Below, in pieces: positions 13,601 to 25,367 of a stretch of 64,000 nucleotides of DNA. This DNA is from Schmidtea polychroa (taxonomy: Eukaryota): contig CM097885.1 in assembly GCA_044892525.1 (NCBI GenBank), positions 122,574,001 to 122,638,000 on the forward strand, read 5' to 3'. The notes beneath the pieces were generated by a model that saw only the letters and a program-made list of their open reading frames with translations, did not search any database and had not been told where the DNA came from. The position numbers were made by a program, and so were the translations under genes. Each line of letters starts with the position of its first letter. Within the stretch, counting starts at the first letter, position 1.

Positions 13601-16600
13601 TGCCATTTGGCCATCCAAACCCCAACAGAGATATCAAGCAAACGACATTAATATGTTTCGACAGTCGATTCTTGCCACATGCAACTGCATAAAAATCTGA
13701 AAATCTTTTAGTTATAGAAATACAATGCTTGAACATCTATTACTATTTAAGCTACCCCCGTTGCACAGTGTTATTACTAAATAAAGTACTCCTTTCTACT
13801 CTTTACTAAAAGGAATTTTCTCCAATTCGTGCTTTATTTACTCTGTAGTTGATATTAGTAAATAGTATTAAGCAACATAACTCTATAACATACACTGCAT
13901 ATAAAAAGGGTCTTAAAAGAGTGCACTCACTAAAAATTTAGTGGAATTCAGTAATATTATTTTATTTCCAATTAAAATACAATAAAATATTAAATTTCAA
14001 TACTGTCGTTATTTTTTAGACACAAAACTTTCGAAACAATGTTGTATATCTTTGTGGCAAGTTTCCCAGCCGTGTCTTGGTGTTATATGGTTAGTATTTG
14101 GCTTCAAGAAACATTAAACTTATATAAAAAATTAAATTTATATAAAAACTTTTAATATTTATTTAATATTTATTTTAATACAATGCTTTCTCAAATCTTT
14201 ACCATAAAATATTGGTTTTTAATTAACTTTTGCCATATTTTTTAAAAATATAACTTACAAAAAGGGAATATTGAATAATAATATTTAATACCCTAATAAT
14301 TTTTCCGAATATCCGGTGCACTCATGTAAAATGCGCATGTTAATGAAATTACAGGTTTTATAAGAAATAACGTGCATTCGAGAAAAAGCTTATATTTATT
14401 TTTAAAACGTCATATTTATCAAACAGAAATTATATAAAGCATATAATAAGTTTTAGATTATAAAATACGCAGGGCATCATGGCAATTGTTGAGCTAGTAG
14501 AATATATGAGAGTAATGAGGGTAGTATTAGAAAATGGAGAATAGGGAAACAAGTGTTATGAATAATAGCAAGGAGAAGGCATCATGTGTTAAGAGGAAGG
14601 AAACATTCTTTGTCAGAGCTCGAAAGAGAGCTTAAGTACAGGGTTATTACACAAAGACTAAACAATCATAGTATCTTGACCATACGGGTGAAATCATTAA
14701 AGATAGTGATGAAAATATCTCAATTTAAAGGATCAACGAAATTAATTTTTAATTTTTAATGGTTGTGATGTCTGTAACAGCTCACCAATCGTTACCATTT
14801 AATTGGAGAGAGAAATTGGATTTTTTCAAGATGTTCATTAGAGATGAAATAAAAATCGGCCATTAGCACACATTGGTAATATGAATAAAATAACATTTGC
14901 ACTTGTATCCCTAAATACTATATTATATTGGAGGCGTTTGAGTATATAAAAATTGTAACTTTACCATGATTTTATGTGTTACTGCAAATGATAATAAACG
15001 CAATCTAATGGTTATTTTCAAGATTAAAACGATACCTAAAGAAAACGTACTCAAAGAACTGCTGGGAAAAATGGATGATCGAAGGAAAACCTGCATATAC
15101 AAAGTGTGGAAGTCAAAAACATGCACATTATGAAGAAGTGTGCTGGTGGATTAGGAAGTTTCAAAATTTAAGTGTTGAAAGATATTACAGAAGCATTGTT
15201 AGTTTGAATAACCCGACAAGTAATTTTGATAACCTTAAGGGCAGAGTCGTCTTATCCACTGTGCTGTGCTTGACTTAAGGACTAATGGTGTACTCAAATA
15301 TAAGCCTAAAAATTTCCTAAATTCCTGTAAAGTAACAGATATCCACTGCAACCAGCGAGATCATTTAGTTAGAAGCCGTGGAATAAATAATAGTAGGGAT
15401 AATCTAAGATCAGCATACTTGTTTGTCTAAACTACTATTGTTTGTAGGAACGTTTCATCAAAAAATAAATGGAAATATTGAATAGATAGTACAGCAATAT
15501 CTGTACTACTTTCAACATCAGAATATTTATTTGAACTAGATCTTGAGCCACTTGAAGACGATAACTAACGCTAAGGACATCGTTTATTGCGAACAGGTCT
15601 TGCGGTTATCATTTTGCAGTTTCTATGAATTTAGAAATGAAATAAATTGGGTTTGAAAAACTTAAAATAAACCGGTCATGCGCGTACGCAGGGGGGTTAC
15701 TGGGGGTTTAACCCCCCCCCCCCCCCATGATTCCAACAACAATATAAAAAAACTATAATTAATAAATATATAAACTTAAAACAATTTAAGNNNNNNNNNN
15801 NNNNNNNNNNNNNNNNNNNNNNNNNNNNNNNNNNNNNNNNNNNNNNNNNNNNNNNNNNNNNNNNNNNNNNNNNNNNNNNNNNNNNNNNNNNNNNNNNNNN
15901 NNNNNNNNNNNNNNNNNNNNNNNNNNNNATGGATTCATCCTGCGTACGCGCCTGAAACCGGTCAATGTAATAATGAAACAAAGTAAATTTAATTTAATTT
16001 AAATTATAACAAATTTAAATTTTAAATTATAAACTAAATTTAATTATTCACAGAGATCATGAACTTTGGAGACTTTTTTTGTTAACTTGAAATTTTTTTT
16101 TAATTTACAAAAGTAATGGAATGGAGTTGGACCACGTAAGGTGGCAAGTGGCTTTACGCGTGAATAGGGTTAATAAATAAAAAATTCTATACAAATAAAA
16201 AAAAATTTTCATTTGTGTCCTGCAATATTTTCTCAATATTATGTGTCGCGAGCTAAATAGTTTGCATGCCTGCACATCAAAATATTATTAAATCATGAAA
16301 AAAAACCTTATCTACGATAAGACTTTTTAAATACTTATGAAGAAATCAAAGATATATTGGACGAAGAACTTTTAAAAAGTTGTAGATGTATTCATGAACT
16401 GTCAATTTAGCTTCATTCTATCTTGCTAATGTTCTGAAAAGTTTTGGAGAATCTCATTAATTTGTTTTCAATAGTTGTGTTAAAATGAATTAATAAATTA
16501 ATAAATTATTAAGCTGAATAAAAATTAAAAAAAACCTATTTTTTTTAAATCTTTAGGTTTAGTTTCTTAGTGAATAGGAATTAATCTTCAAACACCTTTT

Positions 16601-17819
16601 ATCGCATATAATCAAATTTAATCCTTTACTGGGAGCGTACGTGAAATCCCGCAAAAATTAATGATACACACCATATATTAAATAAGTATAGACATAGAAT
16701 GCTAAATGTAGATTTCCTGACTATGATTGGTTATCATAGCATGAACTACTATCAAAGAAAAATCCACTTATATCACGACTAAATTGTCAACGTCGACTTT
16801 AGTGGACCCAAAATCATGAAAATTGGACGGAAGATGAATGGCGTCAAATAATTATAGTGGCAATATACCATTGTATTCTTCCAAAAGGTCATGGTGGGGT
16901 GTCTTCCTCAACAACACTATCATACTATTACGACGTGTAAAGGGCATAATGAATGAAATCACAGTAATATATCGATATATTGCAGACATGCAATCTCCCA
17001 ACTGTTCAGGTCCACCAGGACACTGTCATCTTCTTCCAGCCGGACAATCCACCCTGCCATAAGAGCCATGCCATCATACCGTGGTCTCAGCCGCATTTAC
17101 TTCAAGTGATGCAGTGGTCATCGCTAAGTCCGGATGTCAATTATATGGTTAATTTGTTACCCAACCTTAAAACGCGACTGGAAAAATTGGAAATACATGG
17201 ATTGAAACACTTATGGGTAGCAAGCGAGTGACTTTGTTAAGAAACTACACCTGACATCTTGCAGAAAATTATCACTTATATACCTTTCCGAGTACTCGCT
17301 ATCAAACGTGACCGTGGTGGTCAAATTAAATATTGATGCATTTGAATTGTGCATTTATTCATTTAACGTGTTTCTGTTCATGTCTATTTGCGGTATTCAT
17401 CATTTCTTATTAAAGATATGAAAATTGTAATCGCTTAATTTTTGTAGGGGTTGTATGCGTTTCGTATACATGGGTCCAATGAATGAAGAGTGTATATTTT
17501 TAATATGATGTTTTGCGTTATATGATGATAAATTATCCACGTATACTTGTTACGAGAAGCGTACTTTTCCATAGTTAAAAATATTAAATTATTAAAAAAA
17601 TTAGCCTGTTTTAGTAGAAATGTTTTACTTACATTGCAGACAGATTTAACTGGAACCATTGAGATGATACTTGGTGGGCTGTCATATGCAATAGGCGTAA
17701 TATTTTTCAAAAGTGATGGCATAATTCCTTTCGCTCATGCAATTTGGCATTTATTCGTACTGATAGGAGCATCTATTCATTGTCATGCCGTAAATACGCA
17801 TCTTTTAATTGATGATTAA
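1639..17819 (+). CDS. MMD: Monocyte-to-macrophage differentiation factor-like membrane protein (PAQR/hemolysin-III family); 6 exons: 1639-1658, 1714-1953, 7910-7984, 8030-8134, 14020-14089, 17640-17819 (229 aa)
   Basis: All GT-AG junctions are phase-compatible and give 690 nt. Motifs PTFYEHTANIITH, STTFH, FHVGDRTVIYIFIATSYTPW and GVIFFKSDGIIPFAHAIWHLFV match the MMD/MMD2 (PAQR11/10) pattern. MMD versus MMD2 is not resolved. Confidence 0.92.
3950..6290 (+). mobile_element. Decayed RLE-type non-LTR retrotransposon (NeSL/Utopia/R2-like) in MMD intron 2
   Basis: N-terminal zinc-finger-like C/H spacing (CYNFNC..H; CHQC..H, ~4190-4350). Degenerate Ulp1-like segment (4496-5080). RT motifs KSAPGKDKITY, DGCAEHN, WLDIADIFGSLPH and ILAYADDIVL (~6245). 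Many stops and frameshifts. Left boundary approximate. Confidence 0.75.
6780..7640 (+). mobile_element. Mutator/MULE transposase relic
   Basis: Frame-broken motifs LIADGADSI, RRMCWFHMKKA (CxxH), GWYE and PTTNNGLESINATIK. Confidence 0.75.
8304..8508. mobile_element. piggyBac-type MITE, copy 1 (second copy at 46086-46302)
   Basis: TIR CACTAGATTTAC...GTAAATCTAGTG flanked by TTAA on both sides. The internal sequence is nearly colinear with 46086-46302. Confidence 0.8.
8960..11180 (-). mobile_element. Decayed Tc1-like element, interrupted by a second transposase relic at ~9625-11000
   Basis: The minus strand near 9150-9200 reads SSDLNPLENW (Tc1 SPDLNPIENLW motif). Segments 9410-9620 and 11030-11180 are reverse complements of the contiguous stretch 60004-60420. 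Confidence 0.55.
9900..10640 (+). mobile_element. IS630/Tc1-family DDE transposase relic
   Basis: HTH-like N-terminus (LLGISKSSIKSIVYKY), LIYIDECGFN, NMSLVLAIGVKG, GSYKKDTYQTFI. Frameshifted. Confidence 0.75.
11333..11553. mobile_element. piggyBac-type MITE
   Basis: TTAA|CCCTTTAACCACT ... AGTGGTTTAAGGG|TTAA: 13-bp TIR with 1 mismatch and a TTAA TSD. Confidence 0.85.
13371..13510. repeat. Degenerate ~30-bp tandem repeat (GGATGT(C/T)ATTTTTTCCATT...GAAAAA), preceded by an inverted repeat with 13298-13322
   Basis: About four imperfect units are visible. TTCAATAACATGAAAAATAGCAA pairs with TTGCTATTTTTTCATGTTATTGAA apart from a one-base length difference in the A/T run. Confidence 0.55.
15677..15954. 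mobile_element. hAT-type MITE spanning an assembly gap
   Basis: TIR CATGCGCGTACGCAGG / CCTGCGTACGCGCCTG. Exact 8-bp TSD AAACCGGT at 15669-15676 and 15955-15962. Confidence 0.85.
16760..17335 (+). mobile_element. Tc1 transposase relic (C-terminal half)
   Basis: FFQPDNPPCHKS and QWSSLSPDVNYMVNLL correspond to the Tc1 FQQDNxPxH and WPSQSPDLNPIENLW motifs. Confidence 0.75.
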
Positions 17820-20019
17820 TGGAAATTTCTCTCAAACTCTAGGAATAGCGTTTTTGCAAAAAAGCACCCAGTGTTTTTAAGAAATTAACTGCTTTTATTT
17901 TTATTTATTAATTTTAATGATCTCATTACTTATCCAAATATTTTATTTGATATTGTGTTGCATTTTAAAATTTTGTTATTTTATTGTTTGAATTAGATTC
18001 GTGTAAAACTCATTTATTCTAAAATACAATTATTTTACAAATTTCATTTCTCTAATTTAATTAGTGTGGCTTTTCCGAAATGTGCACGCATTTATTTTTA
18101 TGTAAATAAATTTTTAGTCTTAATTTTTATTTAATTAATTTTAAGTGCCGTTTTTTCTAATTATTTTGTTTGCTAGTATGCCAGTATCCCTTTAAAACAG
18201 TCAATAAAGTGTCTATCGTTTCTCATTTGTTAAAAAACTAAATATAGACAAAAATAATAATTTTATATTGGTTAACAAAAACAATATATTGAAGCTTTAT
18301 TTTAACGAAGCGATAAAAATCACACATTTAGCGATTTATTTATTACAGAAACAAAATTAAGAAAAAGAGAAAACAATGTTTACAAAGAAGTTTACTCAGA
18401 AAGTATTTCAAAGTAAAAACCTCGAGTCAAAGTGACCGTCTAATTTTTGAAAAAAGCAACATCGTAAAGTAACATACTAAAACATATTGTCGACAAAACA
18501 GACAACATCCCTAAGTACCTCACCCCATCAACATATGCACAAAAGCTGCGGCAGCCGATAATGACGTAAACCAAGTATCGAACATATTCTACAAAATCTT
18601 TGAAGTATTGCTGCCAACACAAACTGCCACGATCGTAACATTATCTACCACAATACCACCATCATAAAAAACTGGTCGCAACATCCAAAAAGCTAATTAC
18701 AAACTTTAAACATTGAGCCGAACTCAGTTCATCTGCCGCCTCCTTCACTGTAGTCTTTTAACTCTAAAATTATATTTCTAATAAACATTTTTCTTTCCGC
18801 TCGTTTGTTTTCTCTGTTTTCCCAGCCTTGTTCTTTTGTTTAAAGTCTTTTTCCTAATTTCTTTTAGAAACCATAATATTTTGTTTTTTTTGTTTTCTTT
18901 TCTTCGTTAGCCCTAAAGTTTGATGTACCTTGCAATTTTAAACCTTCCCTTTACTCTATATTTTATTTTCACTTTGTTACGCCAACAAAGGTTTCATTAT
19001 TTCGACTTGACAGTAGTTTCCGCTTAGTTGCATAATTTCTCGAAAAAGTTATTTTCTGGCTTCTCCATATGTTTTGTATTTTTCACTGTCTTTTCTCATT
19101 TATTTTTATTTCTTTTGGTTTTAATTTTTCTTTGCTTTTTAATTTTTTTATCTTATCAACATTTGCTTAGTTTTCTTTCAAATTTTTCTTTTTTTATTGA
19201 TTTTTCTTTTATTTTTGGGTGTTAACGCGAATTTTTATTCATTTCGTTAAAACACATGATCTTTACTCCTTTTTCATTTTGATTTCTCTTTTTATCTTAG
19301 TCTTTTAGCTAATTGCCCTATTGCTTCTTATTTGTTTGAAAGATACAAAGTAGATCTAATTTTTAACGGTCTTAACACCACTATCACTCTTACCTTCGTT
19401 CACACAGTCCCCCTTTTAGTATCAACAATATTCTTGATAAATGTCATATTAAATTCCTTCAGTTCTTTCACATCATCAAAAGATTCAACAATAAAGTTTC
19501 CTGTAGACACCAGTTCCAGCTTTATTCTTCAGCAAACATTTACTAGAGAAAGAGATGATACCACCATACTCAAAACTGCCACAGGCGATACTCTAAGTAC
19601 TTTTGAAGTCTGTAAAATTTATTTTGAAATTGAAGCACTTCAATATTCTATATAGGTCCGTTATCATTTCTAATCTTAGAATTGCAAAGTTATTTTAGAA
19701 ATAAATACTTTTTACAAAAACTGACAAAAATAGAGCAAATAAATATAAAATTAATGTGCTGGTGGGAATATGGAAATAAATTTCAAAGATAAAGTTATTT
19801 CGCTTCATTGTCCTTTTTTTACTTTTGCTGACTGTATAAAAACTGCATTGAAATTTATCAAAACTTTAAAAATTATTCAATTAAAAATAAATATTTAAAA
19901 TATTGGATTGAGTAAAAAGTAATTTCGTTTTTTGTCAAAAAGAGCAAGATTTGCATATAAATGTCAGTTGTATTGTAAAGCATCTATATGCTATTAAAAC
20001 ATAAAGTTCCCGAGTTTAT

Positions 20020-20412
20020 ATTAAGTAAACAATCGACGAAAAGCGCCCAGAACTAGCCAATCGATTTGGAGTAATTTTCCATCAAGATAAAGTTGGACCT
20101 CATGTTTCTTTAGCGACCCTGCAAAAACTAGTACAGTTTGGCCTGATTGTTCTGCCTCATTCACCTTTTCCCCCCGAGCACCTTATTTAAATGGAAAAAC
20201 TTTCACATCTTTGGGAGAATGTTATAAATGGACCTTGAAAACTTTTCGGCCCGAAACCAAAAAACTTCTGGGAGGATGGAATTTTTAATTTACCTGCAAG
20301 ATGACAGAAAGTAATTGTAAAAAATGGTGAATATATAATTTAATAAAATTACTTCATTAAATTTTATTTTTTTTCACTCAAAAATACAAAATTACTTTTC
20401 ATTCAACACAAT
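20020..20412 (+). mobile_element. mariner transposase relic (3' end with terminal repeat remnant)
   Basis: Frame-broken RPHVSLATLQKL..VLPHSPFPP..LNGKTF..FWEDGIFNLPAR*QKVIVKNGEYII. Mariner-like end ATTACTTTTCATTCAACACAATA. Confidence 0.75.
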
Positions 20413-21991
20413 AAATTAAAATAAACAAATGAAATAATTGTCATTCGAATATATTTTTATATTGTATATCTTATTTTTCATTACTAAGGTGAAATGTACA
20501 AGTTAGCCATGGACAAAAAGGTTGAAAATTATGATGAGTCAACCGATATTCAGCAATGTATCAAGATGGAATTAGTGTAGGAAGTTCAGAAATTGGAGAA
20601 CTTGGCTACAATTTTACCATTATTTTTAACAGGTTCACACGTAGAAATTGTCCACACGGTGGAAATTTTAACCCTTTAGATTTAATATTATTAATTGCAA
20701 TTTAACGCGTTTAGTATTTGGTCTTAGTAGTGCACCCAAAATCATTTCAGCAATTTTTGGAAAAGTGTTAGAAATGGATGATATCGCTGTAGATGTATCA
20801 GCAATAAACTTTGAACAGGTCGTGGAACATTAGTACGTTTTGTATTAGAAACCAGACCTCCGGAAGCAATCAACGGAACAAGGGCTCTAGGTTTGCAAGC
20901 ACAACAGCTGAAATGCAGCCTATTAATATAGTCTAGAGGTAACAAGGTCAAATGGTCAGATATGAGATGAGCAAACATAAAATGTTCTCAATATGTGACA
21001 AACTGGAGTACATTCGTTTTCATGGTGTTTTTAAACCATCATGCTGAAGAAATACAAGTGGATTGTTGGTTTACACTGGAAAAGCAGGTATTTGTCAAAC
21101 CGGCGGCAGGAAAGTGTTCGTCTAATGAGACATTGGAGTGGTCAAAAAAGTCATAATCGCAAGAAAAATAGACGTTGATGGTGTTCTAAGACACATTGTG
21201 AATCTCAGGTCAGGTGAAGGGATCAATGGAGAACAAATGCTGAGCAAGAAAAAAGAAAAAAGAATCAACCCAATGATATATGACACAATCAGATGTAGAG
21301 GAAGATGAAAGTAATGAGTTGTCAAATCATTCTAACACGATAGTTAATGAAGGATCAAAAGAAGAAGTCAACACAGTAAATTCGAGGTCCACCAGGTCGA
21401 CTACCGGGGTGTCTACAATATTTTATTATTGATTGTGACGATTAAGGGATGTTGTGATAAATTAAATTAAATGAAAATTTGTTTTAATAATCAGAATTGT
21501 CAGTGGATTAGATTTTTAAATTGTATATATATTTTTTCATTTTTAATAATAGTTTAAACAATAATTTAAAGTTAACATCATGTGAAAATAAAATTATTTT
21601 AATATTATCCTACATGAAGTTAAAGATTACATATTTTTAATTACAAAATTAAGCTGTTAATTACCATAATTAGCGGAGTTATAAAAAGCCTTTAATCAAG
21701 TCAATCAGTATATATAAACTCGCAAAAATATCTAATTTTAAGTGACCGCCAAATATTAAGGTATGATCTCCTTTATAGGGTTTATATTTATTAAAAGACC
21801 TCAAACTAAATTCAAAGAAGGAGAATTTTATTTATTAAATGCAATAATTATGTCATTAAAATAAAATTGTAAAAAAATTAAAGTTTAAAATTATTTATAA
21901 ATAATTAATTAAAATCTTTAAATATTTGACTATTTGGTGATTAAAAATATTAATAATAATTATAATAATGTATTTTGTTTTTCTAGAAAAT

Positions 21992-24337
21992 ATGAAAATG
22001 TTTGTATTTCTCATTATATATTTGGTAAGAGTAACGTTAATAAATTATGTTTTGAATTAATATTATAATTAGATTCAAGACTTACTGAATGCAAAGGAAT
22101 TTCATCCCAATGACTTTGAATCTTCAAATGATATTCCTTTGAAGTTGATTACTAAATATTTTTGTTTTTATTTATGAATTTAAGAATATCAACTTTTATG
22201 GCTGAACGTGATGAGAATAAAAGATGGGATAATGCAACAATTGTGTATCAAATTGTANNNNNNNNNNNNNNNNNNNNNNNNNNNNNNNNNNNNNNNNNNN
22301 NNNNNNNNNNNNNNNNNNNNNNNNNNNNNNNNNNNNNNNNNNNNNNNNNNNNNNNNNNNNNNNNNNNNNNNNNNNNNNNNNNNNNNNNNNNNNNNNNNNN
22401 NNNNNNNNNNNNNNNNNNNNNNNNNNNNNNNNNNNNNNNNNNNNNNNNNNNNNNNNNNNNNNNNTTTTGCTTCGAATAATATATTTAATACAAGGAAAAA
22501 TTTTCCCATTTGTACTAAATTCACAGCAAAAGGCTTAAATTATTATTTAATTGTTTAAAATTTATTTAATGCTGCTACCAAGNNNNNNNNNNNNNNNNNN
22601 NNNNNNNNNNNNNNNNNNNNNNNNNNNNNNNNNNNNNNNNNNNNNNNNNNNNNNNNNNNNNNNNNNNNNNNNNNNNNNNNNNNNNNNNNNNNNNNNNNNN
22701 NNNNNNNNNNNNNNNNNNNNNNNNNNNNNNNNNNNNNNNNNNNNNNNNNNNNNTGACGGATTATTAAATGCAATGGATATCTATCAAAAAGAAACTTGCT
22801 TAAAGTTCAGACCTGCAAAGTTTTCTGACAAATATTCGGTGATTATTCGACGGGGTTCTGGAGGGTATTATTATTATTTTCATAAAATGTTATTTTAATG
22901 CAAAACAGATGTAATGCTATATTGGGACAAGACAGAAAACAAGGTACTCAAACTGTAAATCTTGGAATTGGCTGTAGATGGGTTAGTTGTATTTGGCTTT
23001 TATCAAATTAATAAATAATATTCTTAGTATGGTTTGTTTCTTCATGAATTAGGACACACAATTGGATTACATCATGAACATCAGCATCCTGATAGAGATA
23101 ATGGGGTCTCAGTTCAGTGGAATAACGTTGACCCATCAATGAAGGTGTGGTTTAACACAATAAGCAAAGACGATGTTAGTATGTTTGGAGTTCCATATGA
23201 TATGCAATCAGTAATGCACTATGGACAATGGGTATTATTTGTCAATTTCCCTGAGGTTTCTTATAATTTACTGTCATAAATTGTAGGCTTTTGCGAAAAC
23301 AGATGCTAATGGAAAATCACTTACCACAATTATAGCAAAGAATCCTGAATTTCAAAGATACTTGTATTATGTTTGGATGAAAGATTTATCTTTTGGAGAT
23401 GTTAAACGAATTAATCTAATGTACAAATGCAATGGTTAGATTATTTTTTATTAAAATTTTCCATTCATGCAGTCAGAAATTTAAATCGAATAATTTAACT
23501 TAAACTGAAAAAATTCAGATTAGAAAAGAATATTTTCTGCTTTTACTTTATCAACAGTTAAACTTTCATACAATCTGTAGAAAATATCTCTTCCAAACTC
23601 AGATTTATGTCAAATTTATCTTATCTAAGCATTTAATCGAAAATAACTGTCTCTTCCATAATTTTTTACCCTAAAAGTGTTTCATTCTGTTTCTAATATT
23701 TTGTCTTACTAGAACTTATTATTCTTTATTTTAGATCACTGCCCAAAAAATATTCCATGTTCAGAAAGAGATGGATTTATAACCAAAGATTGTAAATGTG
23801 AGACAAAGCAAAGTAATTTTTTAATTTTTAAAAATCACTATTGAAGTACAAATTGAAAATATTAAAAATACATTAATTTCGATTCAATCAGAAATTCTAA
23901 ATTTAAAAAATAAATAAAATTTTTAATAAATTTGTTTAGGTAATTGAAATAAATTTAATAATTTAATTTTAATTTTCATATTTATTTTTTGGTTTCAACA
24001 ATTTTCATATTTACGTTTGTGAAACTATATTTCAAAATGATATATAAGGTACACGATATTTCGGCACTACCTTTATCAAGTGTGTAATTTTCAGTTAAAA
24101 TTTTAAAATGATTTTTTATATATTTTTAAGCTGTCCCATTTCCATTAGAAATTAAAAAAAATATATCGATATTTTTGATTTTATTTAGATTTCGCAAATA
24201 GAAGATGCTATGACGTTTTCAGTTCTTCCGAGTGTCAACGCTTGAAATCTGATTGCGACAGAACGGGGACATATGAGCAATACTACGTTTTCACAAATTG
24301 TCGAAAAACATGTAGAAAATGCTATGAAGCTATTTAA
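21992..24337 (+). CDS. Secreted astacin (M12A) zinc metalloprotease with Cys-rich linker and C-terminal ShKT domain; multi-exon, partly interrupted by N-gaps
   Basis: Signal-like MKMFVFLIIYL, RWDNATIVYQI, TCLKF, HELGHTIGLHHEHQHPDRD (HExxHxxGxxH at 23043-23075) and Met-turn SVMHY. The last exon (~24189-24337) reads CYDVFSSSECQRLKSDC...CRKTCRKC, the six-Cys ShKT spacing. Confidence 0.9.
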
Positions 24338-25367
24338 TTTAATTGAAATAAATTAATTGAATTTATTTATTGTCATTTTAACTTAATTTGAAAATAGTTA
24401 CAAAAATAAAAACAATTTTTGTTTTAATGTTTGTTTTACGATTATGATTAGTCAATAGGCGTTAGATATTTTGATATTCTTCCAAAAATAAATGTTTTTA
24501 ATTGCTGTTTTCAAATATTAGCATCATATCTAAGGATTTTGTTATTTCATTCGTAGAAAATTAAAATTTTTAATATTTAAATCTTGAAAAAATATGACAC
24601 AGCCAAAATAGTAGCACAATTGAAACCAAAATGCATCCAATTAAGTCTAAGGAAAATAAAAAAATTAAGTATCATTTTCACTCAACTTCCATACATTTAT
24701 TTAAATTGTTTAAATTTTAAATAAAAATAATATTTTTTTTTATTTTCTGTTTTAAAAATTACAATATTTTAAACAATTTCTTAAAAAAATTAATATATTA
24801 AAATAAACTTTTGAAATTATATTTTCATACTTCAAGAAAATGTCAAGTATTATTAAAAATCTGATAATAACACACTTTTGAAATTTTAAAGGAATTTTTC
24901 ATATATTGGTGTTTTAATATTAAAGTGTAATTTATTAAAGATTTTTTCTAGCAATTATTGAAACAATTATCACAATTTAATGTCTTTTTCAATTATAAAG
25001 ATATAATTATAAAGATTCATTAATATATTGGATAGTGTTGTTTTCCAATTTAACTTTTCAGACCGCGATTACAAATTCCCATTGTACCCAATATTATAAT
25101 AAAAATTTAACTCAAATCATATATTGTTAGAAAATCTATTTGTAATTAAGTGTAATTAAAGTTTTGTTTTATTAAAAATAAGAAAAAATTGACATTATCA
25201 AACTTTCTATCACTTTACTTTGAAAATAATACAATTAAATAATTAAATTCATATAAATTAAAACAAACAAATGAATAAGTTTTATTTATTTATATTACAA
25301 AGTTTAAACTTGGGATTTTAAAAAAGTTATAAGTTAATTTTGTTAAAATAACATTGAGTAAAATTGT

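Noticed and set aside
14440-14490. Helitron-like 3' ends (CTAG|T after a GC-richer patch; also ~36520-36580)
   Set aside because: No convincing hairpin, no matching 5' TC end and no second copy in the window.
18300-21400. Additional retroelement relics at 18300-19700 and 20500-21400 (also 11900-12900 and 14500-15600)
   Set aside because: The composition looks like decayed coding sequence, but I found no diagnostic motif and could not assign a family.
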